From: Macrostomum lignano
Taxonomy: Eukaryota
Assembly (NCBI GenBank): GCA_002269645.1
Contig: NIVC01000032.1
Location: 806,001-870,000 of the forward strand
Direction of reading: 5' to 3'
Length of the DNA stretch: 64,000 bases
The position numbers and the translations under genes were made by a program. Below the pieces are notes generated by a model. That model ran no database searches. It saw nothing but the letters and a program-made list of their open reading frames with translations, and was not told the DNA's origin. Below are positions 12,830 through 23,246 of this stretch, piece after piece (the stretch's first letter is position 1; each line of letters opens with the position of its first letter).

Positions 12830-13055
12830 GGGGGTTGCAGCCTAGTGGTCAGAGCTTCGGACTCACGACTTGAAAGATCGGGGGTTCGATTCTCGATCCC
12901 ACTGGAACAAAATGTGTCCTTGAGCAAGACACTTGCCAGCATTAGCTGGGGTATTTGAGGGTGGCGACCCCCCCCCCCCCCCCAGTCCTTGGACTGAACA
13001 GCCGTACGCAGCCGTCAGATGCGCCGCGCAAATAGCTGCAGCTGAGCTGTCGGTT
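12830..13055 (+). mobile_element. tRNA-derived SINE family A (CORE/Meta-like central domain), internally deleted
   Basis: A/B-box head (GCCTAGTGG...GGTTCGATTC); GTCCTTGAGCAAGACACTT core; shared 3' body. Confidence 0.8.
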
Positions 13056-13402
13056 TATAGGATTTGTCTATTTTAAATTTAACAAGAGGAAATCGCCATT
13101 CTATTCATGAATAGCATCCAATCATAAAACCTGAACACAAACTGATACCTAAACTATCCGATTTTTAGAAATACGAATTTTTAGTTTCTTAGAAGCATAA
13201 GGCTATTCGATTCTTAGAAACTTATAGTTAACGTCCGATTCCTAAAATAACAAATTTATCCGTTTCTAAGAAGAAAATGCGGGATTTTTAGAAGCTTAAG
13301 TTATCCAATTTGAAAAAACACGAATTTCGTTTCTAAGAAATTTAAGCTATCTGATTCTTAGAAACAAACTGTTGATTCTTAGAAATAGAAACTTCCGATT
13401 CT

Positions 13403-13719
13403 TAATAATAATAATAATAATAATAACTGATTACACCTGCCCTAATGGGCAGATTTGCAACCGACAGCTCAGCCGCAGCTATTTGCGCGGCGCATCTGAA
13501 GGCTGCGTACGGCTGTTCAGTCCAAGGACTGGGGGGTCGCCACACACCCTCAATTACCCCAGCTAATGCTGGCACCCATTTTACAGCTGGGTGAACTGAA
13601 GCAATGCAGTGTTAAGTGTCTTGCTCGAGGACACAAACTGTTTCGAGTGGGATCGGGAATCGAACCCCCGACCTTCAAGTCGTGAGTCCGACGCTCTGAC
13701 CACTACGCTACAACCCCCC
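13403..13719 (-). mobile_element. SINE family A, reverse orientation, with (TTA)n tail
   Basis: Reverse complement of the 33278 copy, including head, core and tail. Confidence 0.85.
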
Positions 13720-13873
13720 GATTTTTAGTAAGATGAAAATTATCCAATTCTTAGAAACGTGAATGATCTGATTCTTAGAAATTGGCCCTAACATAATTTC
13801 TATTTCTTAGAAACAAATTCCCACAGAAAATAACACATAAATCCCAATTTCAAAACCGATTTCTCAACCGCAG

Positions 13874-14441
13874 CCATCCGAACGCCAGTAGAAATTTTGT
13901 GGAAGCAATTCGCGATCTGCTCTCTGATCGCTATGCTCATTTGAGCGCCAACGGCGCCGCTAGCAGCGGCAGTGGAGTCGCCGGCGGCCGACTTACCGGC
14001 GGAGAATTCTTCCGTCTATTCGCTGACCCGGCTAATTGGAAGAGGAAAAAGTGCAAGTTAACTGCGCTATTATCGAAAGCGACAACTGCGTCTGCGGCTT
14101 GTTCAGCAGCGGCGGCGGAGAAAAGAGACGGCGCCGTCGCAGGCGCGGCTTGTTCTGCCGCAGCTCCGGCAGCTTCAACAGCTCGCCGACGCCAAGCAGC
14201 TAAAGCCGCCACGGATCAGTTGCTGACTGACAGCCCTGCAGATTGGCGAAAGAAATTAGCTGTATCTAGATCTGGGTTAAAGCTATCCGATACTGTTATT
14301 AGCAGGCATATGCAATCAGAATTTAATTTGCCGCCCGTGATGGCGCCTGTTCAATCTGGCGTTGTTGGAGACTTTGCTGGTCGTTGCGTCAAGCAGAACC
14401 TGTTAAATTTGATTGCAGATAATCGGCATTGCTTCCAGAGT
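13874..14441 (+). CDS. NCAPH: NCAPH exon 3
   Basis: CGCAG acceptor ends 13873 with matching phase 2; FADPANWK resembles WAGPxHW; GTGAGT donor at 14442, phase 0. Confidence 0.75.
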
Positions 14442-14461
14442 GTGAGTCTTGGCTGCTTTTT

Positions 14462-15300
14462 TAATTATCTCACTTCCGGTCTCAATTATCTATATTTTTC
14501 AGCGGATTATCGCACTTCCGGTCTCAATTATCTATATTTTTCAGCGGATTATCGCACTTCCGGTCTCAATTATCTATATTTGTCAGCAGATTATCTCACT
14601 TCCGGTCTCAATTATCTATATTTGTCAGCAGATTATCTCACTTCCGGTCTCAATTATCTATATTTGTCAGCGGATTATCTCACTTCCGGTCTTAATTATC
14701 CATGTCTTTCCGTGTATTATCTATAATTTTCGGCGGAATATCTCACTTCTGGTTTTAATTATCCGTGTTTTTCAGCGGAGTATCTCACTTCCGGTTTTAA
14801 TTATCCATATTTTTCAGCGGATTATCTCACTTCCGGTCTCAATTATCCATATTTTCAGCGGATTATCTCACTTCCGGTCTCAATTATCTATATTTCCATG
14901 TCTTAATTATCCATGTCTTTCCGTGTATTATCTATAATTTTCGGCGGAATATCTCACTTCTGGTTTTAATTATCCGTGTTTTTCAGCGGAGTATCTCACT
15001 TCCGGTTTTAATTATCCATATTTTCAGCGGATTATCTCACTTCCGGTCTCAATTATCTATATTTGTGAGCGGATTATCTCACTTCCGGTCTTAATTATCC
15101 ATATTATCAGCGGACTATCTCACTTCCGGTCTCAAGTATCTATATTTTTCAGCGGATTATCTCACTTCCGGTCTCAATTATCCATATTTTTCAGCGGATT
15201 ATCTCACTTCCGGTCTAAATTATCCATATTTTTCAGCGGATTATCTCACTTCCGGTCTCAATTATCCATATTTTCAGCGGATTATCTCACTTCCGTTTTC
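14462..15300. repeat. 42-nt minisatellite (ATTATCTCACTTCCGGTCTCAATTATCTATATTTTTCAGCGG), about 20 copies, NCAPH intron 3
   Basis: Tandem units; explains the 14-aa periodicity in the ORF track. Confidence 0.95.
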
Positions 15301-15364
15301 TAATTTTCCATGTCTATCCGTGGATTATCTTATTTCCAGTTCTCAAAATCCGATTTCATCGCAG

Positions 15365-15682
15365 GCCTCATCAGACGCGGACGCCAAGAACCACTCGCAG
15401 ATCAACGACTCCCTATTATCAGTCGGGCAGGCTGACGATAACGAAAATGTCGACCCGGCTATCGCGCACGATCTGGACGATGACGCCGATTTAAACAATT
15501 TTGGCGACGACAACGCGGCCGCTTACGACGCCGATCAGCAGCAGGACCCTGTCGGCGGACTGACGGCAGTTGATCAGCCATTTGCCGATGCGTTCACGCA
15601 GGCTGTGGGGCAGTCTACTCAACTGCCGTTCTCTCAGGTGCCTGGATCGCAGCAGCTGCAGCCGATGCAGGCCCCTTATAAG
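15365..15682 (+). CDS. NCAPH: NCAPH exon 4
   Basis: CGCAG acceptor, phase 0; acidic region ending QAPYK, which joins exon 5 to give APYKVNQVDIAYAKTAK (human APQKVNKIEIHYAKTAK). Confidence 0.8.
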
Positions 15683-15744
15683 GTGCGATTTTGCTCAAAC
15701 ATATTAGTATTCTAAGTTACTAGGACGTACCGTCATACCAGGAT

Positions 15745-15796
15745 CCCAGAGTGTCCTCAGATCCCATAGTGTCCTCAGATCCCAGAGTGTCCTCAG
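15745..15796. repeat. Left remnant of the 18-nt GTGTCCTCAGATCCCA(G/T)A minisatellite, split by the LTR element
   Basis: Same unit as 26478-27657. Confidence 0.9.
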
Positions 15797-16871
15797 TGAT
15801 GTGTTCCTTATTACCAGTCCTCAACTGTAATCAAGGAACAATCACTTCTAGCTCTGTAGCTAGGCAACCCAGTAATCAAATGAAGGTATTCAATTACCTT
15901 TGAGTCCTTAAATGAGAGCTCTCGTAATAATCCTCGTCCGTAGTATCGCGATCAGTAACTTTCCTTTCCTTCAGGAAGTTTAGGCGCCTGGTAACAGTTG
16001 ATCTGGTCCGTTATCTCCTTTGTCCTCTTGACTTTTTGCCGGCCGGTATCTGTAGTTCGGACCAATAAGAAGCTTCCAAATTAACAATGGGTACCCTGCG
16101 CCAAACTGCGGTTTAATATAAGCCTACTCCTTCTAGCAGTGCCTCTATGCACTCTAGGTATAGCTCCGGAAACCACTGATAGTCTTCTAAGATCTATCAG
16201 GGGCAGTCCTTCTGGAGACTGCAACCAGTAGAGTCTAAACAGACTCAAGAGTCTCAGCAGACTCAAATAAACTCAAGTCTCAATAGACTTGAGCGAGACG
16301 TCTCAACCAACGGGCGCAAATGAGTAAGGCTTACCGCAAGAACTCGTCCACGACGCGAGTTTCTTCAGGAAGGCTTCACTAGAGCTTCCTCTTCGGAGCT
16401 TCTCTCTCTTGGAGATTTTCTGGCTCCGGGTCCGTTCCGGACCACTTGTATTTATAGGCGTTCAGACCTCTCTCGAGGTCGTACATCACTGTCTTCGCAA
16501 ATGTCAAAGGGTCACGATTCGGTGGCTGTCAAGCATGACAGGGTAGAAAGTTGCGCAACTAGTCTACTGTAAAAGCGCATGATTGGTTACCGTAGCTGGT
16601 AGACTTTGATTGGTTCATCCGGGTGCAACCCGAGTGCAAACAAAATGATGACTTGAAGGTGGGGTTTGAATTGACAGTTGTTGGTCGCACGTGATTGGGT
16701 GATTTCTAAAATTAGCATGCTCGAGGTCTCTCTCTTCCTATTGGTTAGTCCGAATATACTTATAGTTCAAAGCATACCTTTATTCATGCTCTTCAATTTA
16801 CTACTAAATAAAATGTGTGAGTAGTACATTAACACTTTTATGTCTTCTTACGGGAGGTAGAACACTCTACA
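15797..16871 (-). repeat. 3' LTR
   Basis: Matches 25403-26477 at a constant offset of 9606 at the start, middle and end; no mismatch seen in spot checks. Confidence 0.97.
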
Positions 16872-17089
16872 AAATCTCCCATGTTTACAAAAAACTCGTC
16901 CCGAGTTTTAAATAGAGGATTGAAACGCATAAAAAGTTCAAGCATGTCTTTATAATAATCATTTGTCACAAGTGTTACAGGTATTTAGTAATGGGTAGTT
17001 AAGAGCGTTGGTTATAAAAGTTATTTAAAGGTAAGTATACGCATGCAAATAAAATGTTTTTGGTTACAGTATTGACATGTGCGCCAAGA

Positions 17090-17302
17090 CTAACAATAGG
17101 CGCACTGCCGCAAACTACTTCTACCTATCGGGCAATTCTGCCAGAGCTGAATATAATGTGAGTCGCTTAAATATTGTCCGCATATGCGATGTCTGTTTTC
17201 ACAAATAATTGGTGGCTTGACAGCCAAGTCATCAGTTAAACATATTGGGCATTCGTAGAGTTGCTGTAGTTGGGGCGCCTGTTTGGACAGTGCGTTGCCC
17301 AT
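17090..17302 (-). CDS. Accessory 70-aa ORF: MGxxxS N-terminus and degenerate C3HC4-type RING finger
   Basis: MGNALS; CPIC-x12-CENRH-x2-CGQ[Y]-x12-CPI[G]R; strong Kozak context ACAATGG. Confidence 0.6.
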   Translation of the reverse strand: MGNALSKQAPQLQQLYECPICLTDDLAVKPPIICENRHRICGQYLSDSHYIQLWQNCPIGRSSLRQCAYC

Positions 17303-17413
17303 TGTCGTCGTCGCTTGAAGTTTGAAGTCGCTCAGATTAGTCGCCTCTTACGACAAGCTTGCGAAGCTGTAGAGCTATTCTGACCCGGTCTCTACACGGG
17401 TTGTTTTCGCAAC

Positions 17414-17664
17414 TTAACGAGGTCGCAGATTGTAGCCATGGTGCTGGTTCTCGGTTGATGTTTGTGTCTCCTCGTGTTTTGTTGCGATGTGGCGGTTCGC
17501 CGAACGCGTGCGATCAGCGTTGTCTAGTGACGGTAAAAACGTTGTCGTGTCAGTGTTGATCTTCTTTAGTCGATGAATGTGCACGTAGAATTGGTGCTGA
17601 TGAGGATCTTGCACATTGGCCAGGCGTGCCGTTGTCGGTGACGTTAGTTGGACCACTCGATATG
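17414..17664 (-). CDS. Integrase C-terminus (GPY/F module) in a shifted frame
   Basis: YRVVQLTSPTTARL...VHIHRLKK...GYNLRPR*. Adding one C at about 17664 restores KYKGPYRVVQ. Confidence 0.8.
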
Positions 17665-20600
17665 TCCTTTGTACTTCTGTGCGTGTTTGTGCGTCTGTTG
17701 CGGCGGATAGTGCAGGTAGACGATGTCGCCGGCTGTCAGAGTTGTCGATCTCGTGTCGGTGCTGGTGGTTAGAGCCACCTGATTGTCGATGTTGTGCTTG
17801 GCTACTTTCCATGCGAGGTGTAGTTGCGTGACGAACTTTTGAATGGACGTCGGGACTTCCACATATTGCGATGGTAGTAGTTGCTGTGCCAATAGGTTTG
17901 GCGGCTGGAAGTCTCGCCCAAACATTAGAAAGAATGGCGTATTGTCCGTTGATCGATGAATAGCGCTGTTGTAGGCCATTGTTACTGCTTGCAGATAGAT
18001 GATCCAGTCGTCCGGTTGTTGATGCGCGAAGTGTGTAATCATCTCGTGTAGGTTGCGGTGAAACCTTTCAACCATGTTCGCCTTCGGATTGTAGGTCGAT
18101 GTGTAGATCTGCGTGATGTTGAGGATCTTCACCACTTGCTGAAAGAGTTGAGACGTAAACTGCGATCCATTGTCCGATGTGAGGTTCTTTGGCGTACCGT
18201 ACTTGCAGATGATGTCGTTGAAGAAACCCATTGCCACTGTCTGAGCTGTGATGTCCGGTATTGGTATGGCAATAGCAAACTTTGAGAAAATGTCCAAGGC
18301 TGTTAGGATGTAGGTGTAGGCTATGCCATGGAGACAGCTCGGTGGCAGCGGTCCGGTGATGTCGATGCTGAGACAGTCCATAGTTGTTGACTTTGGTATC
18401 GATTGTAGCTGTGGTTTTTGTCGTCGTCCTGTCTTCGATGCTGCGCATGAGTGGCAGTTGTTGCAATACTGCTTGATGTCGCCATGCATGCTTGGCCAAA
18501 AGTAGTATTGCTCCACTCTTGCAACGGTTTTGGCTGCCGACAGGTGTCCAGCGAGTGGGTTGTCGTGCAGCTCGTTGAGAATTGCCTGCCTAAACGAATA
18601 TGGCATGTAGATTTTAGGTTTGTTGTCACTCATCCAGTAGAGTCGTGACTTGTTGATTGTTAAATGTTGTCGCTGCTTGCGCAGGAATTTTCGTTCCACG
18701 GGGCTGAGCTTGATGTCCTTGTCGTTGTTTTTAACTGCTATGTAGAAGTTGTCGTGTTCCGTCTCATCCACCAATTCCTTGATGTTAGGGATTGGATGAA
18801 TGGCGTTGACTTCGTAGGCTCTTGACAGGGCGTCCGCGGCCTTGTTAGTAATTCCTGGTTTGTAGACGAGCTTGTAGTTGTAGTCCTGGATCTTGAGTGT
18901 CATCCTGATGAGTCGGTTGTTTGTTTGTCCTTTTGTAGTTACGACGTAGGTCAGCGGTGCGTGATCTGTGCGTACTATCGTCTGTAATGGAGATCCATAG
19001 ATGTAGTAGTGAAACTGTCGTAGGGCGAACAGAACTCCTAGTAGTTCTCGTTCCGTAGCTGACCATTTTGTCTCATTCGGTTTAAGTGCTCGACTGACGT
19101 AGGCTATAGGTCGTTCCTTTTTGTCTTCAGTTTCCTGTAGTAGGACTGCTCCGAGTCCCGTTCCTGAGGCGTCTGTCTCGATGATGAAGGGTTTGTCGAA
19201 GTCCGGATGCTGTAGCAGTGCGTCTGATGTCAGCTGTCGTTTGATTTCGTCAAAACTTTCTTGTTGCTTTTGTGTCCAATTCTCCTGCTTCCATTTGTCG
19301 AACTTGAGCAGGTCGTACAGCGGCTTTGCTGTCTTCGCGAAGTTGGGTAAGAACTTTCGGAAGTATTGCGCAAGTCCAAGAAATGATTGGACCTTCGTTA
19401 TGCTAGTTGGCGTAGGAAACTTTTTCACTTTATCCACGTTGTCTGGGTCCGGTGAAATTCCTTTGGCTGTCACCTGATGTCCCAGGTAACGCACGTTGTC
19501 TCGGAAGAATTTGCATTTAGTTGGTTGTAGCTTCAGACCTTGACGTTGTATAAGCGCGAGGGCCTTCTCCGTCGCTTCATAGAGTCGTTCGAAGTCTTCT
19601 CCGTAGGCCAAGATGTCGTCAACATAGTGCAACAGGTTCGTGCATCCTGCAAGCATGTATGCTGTTAGTCGGCTCATCGTTGCTGGGCTGTTGCTGAGTC
19701 CCATCGGCGATCGATTGTACTCGTATACTTGTCCATTGTAGGTTTTGAAAGCCGTGTACTGTCGTGACTCTTTCTCGATTTCAATTTGCCAAAATCCATG
19801 ACGTAGGTCGAACACTGTGAACAATTTTGCCGTGTTGAGCTTTGCTAGTAGTTCGGAGATCTTCGGTAGGCTTTGCTGATCCGTCGGTATGTACTTGTTC
19901 AGCAGTCTGAAGTCACATACGAGTCGTCTTTCGTTAGTCTCCTTCTTTTGCACCAAGAGACATGGTGATGAGTATGCTGAAATGGCTTTGCTGATGATGC
20001 CGTGTTTCAGCATTTTGTCGATAATCTCATCGAAGTGCTGTTGCAGATGCTTGGCGATCGGGTACGGTTTGCACTGAATTGGTTCCGTGTGCGGCAGAAG
20101 TTTGATTTCCTGTTTGATGTCCTTGGCTCGTCCGATGTCGTAGTCATGGTGGCAGAAAGCGTCGTTGTACTTCCACAACAGCTGTCGAACTTTCCTCTTT
20201 TGCTGTTCCGTAATCGGGCTGTCATCCAAATTGATCTTCTTTTGAAATTCTTCCTCTGTTAGTCGTGGAGTCGCTTGCTCAATCAGCATAACCGATGCTT
20301 GGGTGTTGAGATGACCGATGCACATTCCTTGTCGTAGATGAACCGTTTCTGTGTTCGGGTTGAATATTTGTACTGGCAGCTGTTTATCTTTTGCAACCAG
20401 TACTAGTGCCGTAGGCATCATAATTTGGTGTTTAGCCGTGACTCTTCTGTTTGGGTCGAATATCATTGCTTCCTCCGTTGCGTTAGTTGCCTTTGCCTTT
20501 ATCCAGCAGGCGCTCTCCGGTTGGATGATGACATCTTGTTGCAATGTTACTTTTGGTAGTACTCGGATCTGGTTGATCAATGGTTGTTCTACCGAGTCGA

Positions 20601-20960
20601 TCTTAAACGTTTGCTTATTGAAGTCGAAGGTCAATGGTAGTCTAAGCTGCTTGAACGTGTCGATGCCAACAATAACGTCCTGGTTTGGGAGTCTGTCGAT
20701 GACGTACGATGGAACTGTCAAATGTTTATTAGCGATTCTTAAATCAATGTCGGCTTTTCCCAGAATGTTTAGCGAATGTCCTCCTGCTCCTGCAACTGCG
20801 ATTGTTGCTGGCCGTAGAGCAAGTCGTAGCTTGTTGCACAGTTGTTTTGATATAACTGTGATGGAGCTGCCGGAATCGAGTAGCGCTCGACATGGTAGAT
20901 TGTTGATTACCACTTGAGCCATGGCTTTGCCAATTTCGGCGTGTAGAGTACATACGTAGT
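17644..20960 (-). CDS. pol: Pol: aspartic protease, reverse transcriptase, RNase H, integrase
   Basis: LLDSGSS (DSG at 20869-20877); YVDD at 19615-19626; IETDASGTGLGAVL RNase H; HHCC and DDE integrase (SIDITGP, SDNGSQF, VERFHR). Confidence 0.97.
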
Positions 20961-21195
20961 TCTCTGGCCATTTTGGGTCTTGCTGTTCTGCTTGATAGTT
21001 AGGTGGTTGTATTCTTGGTGCCGTTGGTGTTGTCGGAATCGATGGATATAGCCGCGTTGCTAGTGTCGGTTGCCCTTGAACCTCACGATGTGCAGTTTCT
21101 GTTAGTTCTAAACTGTTGTCGCCTTCCGTTGTCGTTCTTTGCATTATGGCATTCACTGTCTTCTTAGCTGTTGGACAAGTTTGACTGAAGCACCG

Positions 21196-22927
21196 TACGA
21201 TTGACGAGATGATGAAGACTGCCGTGACAATCCACACAATGCAAGCACCGTAGAAGATGAATCCTTGATAGAGACTGCCTCTTCCATTGAGCAGCTCCCA
21301 GAAGCTGTTTGTCCAAAATGATTTGATGGCGCTGTCCATTGAAACAAGGACGGGAAATCTTCCTGTCTCGGTTCCTTTGTCCTTTCTTGTGAACAGCTGG
21401 TGAATCATCTTGCGTTGGGTGATGAACGCTTGCAAGAAGTCGTTGATCGTCCATCCTGGTGTTATCTCGTCAAGTTGGATATCGGCGAATGGCGTATACT
21501 TCGTTCTGTTGAATCGGATTTTCAAATCCTCCATGTCGTAGTTTTCGTCGACGATTACTTCCGGTTCTGTGATGTTTGCTGTCGTTCCAGTTGTTTTGAT
21601 GACGTGTAGTGCATTGTCCAGTTGATAATAGTTTGCTGCCGTGGTGCAAGGTCTCGGTATTGCGGTGCCAACGATGATGTTGTGTACCGTGTCCAAGAAT
21701 CCCTGAATTCGTTTTCCTTCGTAGAACGCTTCAATCCTTGGCTTGTCGTAGCAGGTTGTTGACGTGTTCGACGGCAAGATGTTAAAGTGCTGTATCGGCG
21801 TGCACTTGTATATCAACAGATGCTCGTATATTGGAACTGCCAAAACGTTCGTCATTCCGGTGATTTTACGAAAAGTCATCGTAGGGTTGACATAGTAGTT
21901 TTGTCTGGCATAATTTAAGTTGATTGCGTGCATTTTGCAAGTTAGCTGGACCAGTGTTCGATGCAAGTGGTTTAACTGGTTGTGTAGATTGTGATCCAAA
22001 GCCGTTATCTTTGCTGACAGTAGTCGGTTTGACACCAGTTTGGGACGTTCGATGTCACGTCGTCGTCTGTTCTGTTGTTCCTGCTGTTGATACGTTCCGT
22101 TGATGATCGCCAGAAAGGTTTGTTTGTCGTCATCTTTTACGTAGACTGGTATCTCTTGTTCCGAGATGAATAGTGTCTTGTCTGTATCCTTGCATTTCAG
22201 TTTTTGCTCGACTGGTTTCTTTTGAAACGTCAGTGCCAAGTCTCCTGACTTTGCCAAAAACGTGTTTGACAGTAGACCTCCTTCAACTGTGTGATACTTT
22301 TGAAGCTTGCAGTCAATTTCCGGCTCAACTTCCCACGCGAAGAAGTATTGTCGTGACTTAGATGGTTCTTCATATCGTGAGTCGCCTCTGCGTATAATTT
22401 GCCATCGATAGTCTTGATGATATGTTGGACTCAACGGTAAGCTGTATAGTTCCTCATTCCGCAGTATCGGCGTTGGACACCATCCTTTGCTGTATCGGCA
22501 GTCACTTAATTGCAGTTGTAGCGACTCCATTTTTTCAAAAGGATTGTGGTAGAATGGAATATTCCTGATTAGGTAACTGTTTCGTGTCATGTAGTTAGTC
22601 CATGCTTCCGAAAAGTGTACATATCGTCCGTTTGCTGAGTTCTTCGTTCGGTAAAGTTGTGCCTCCCCCACTTTCTCATCCGGTTCTAGCTGACCATCCT
22701 TTGAGAACAGTGTTTGGTTCCATTGTAGACATTCAGCGTGCGACACATGTAGTTCGTGTTGCCAAAATCGAATTCTGTTCCATTGTCCTCGCCAAACTTT
22801 TTCCACTAGGTGCTTGTCTCTAAAGCACACTATTCCGAGTTGTCGATGCTTCTTGATGTTAGCTTTGTAGAGATCAATTGTGATCTTCTTTGGCTTCGTC
22901 TGATTTGTCTTGAAGTAGCTGCATTTG
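21196..22927 (-). CDS. env: gB-like (class III fusion) envelope glycoprotein ectodomain and TM, in frame with pol
   Basis: Furin site RRRR (22057-22068); helix ...VQLTCKMHAINLNY; NPT...A...C motif; CYDKP...G.L...PC; several NxT/S sequons; TM at 21196-21261. Confidence 0.8.
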
Positions 22928-23246
22928 ATGTCGTTGGTATCTTGTAGATCATCGGTTGGATATGCGCATCCGTTGGACATATCATTGGTTTCTCCATTGC
23001 TGTTGCTTTGGTGACTACTGCCGTCAGTAGTATTATGATGATCCAGAATATCCAGAATCGCCATTTTCTGAACGTTGCCGTTGTCTTTGCTGGCATTGGC
23101 TGCGGCTGCCATTCGTTATCTTCTGCGTCCGCATCGTATTCTTCCTCTTGTTCCATTGGCGTTTCCGAGCGCAAGGCATCCGATTCGTTCCGCTGCTTGT
23201 CGTCTTCATCATTTTCTCCTTGCTTTCTTCCGATGTTGTAGTTGTG
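22830..23246 (-). CDS. Bridging frame: acidic linker, internal signal peptide and N-terminus of env
   Basis: Frame open from 23246; RKWRFWIFWIIIILLTAVVTKATA|MEKPMICP has n, h and c regions with an A-x-A cleavage site (22998-23069). Confidence 0.7.
   Translation of the reverse strand, partial: HNYNIGRKQGENDEDDKQRNESDALRSETPMEQEEEYDADAEDNEWQPQPMPAKTTATFRKWRFWIFWIIIILLTAVVTKATAMEKPMICPTDAHIQPMIYKIPTTSNAATSRQIRRSQRRSQLISTKLTSRSIDNSE

Noticed and set aside
12830-12905. tRNA genes (also at 445, 13645 and 33278)
   Set aside because: A/B boxes are present but run into shared SINE bodies; no complete cloverleaf is evident.
16081-16266. 61-aa ORF duplicated at 25687-25872
   Set aside because: It lies inside the LTRs, starts at a non-ATG codon and has no recognisable motif; the duplication simply reflects the LTRs.
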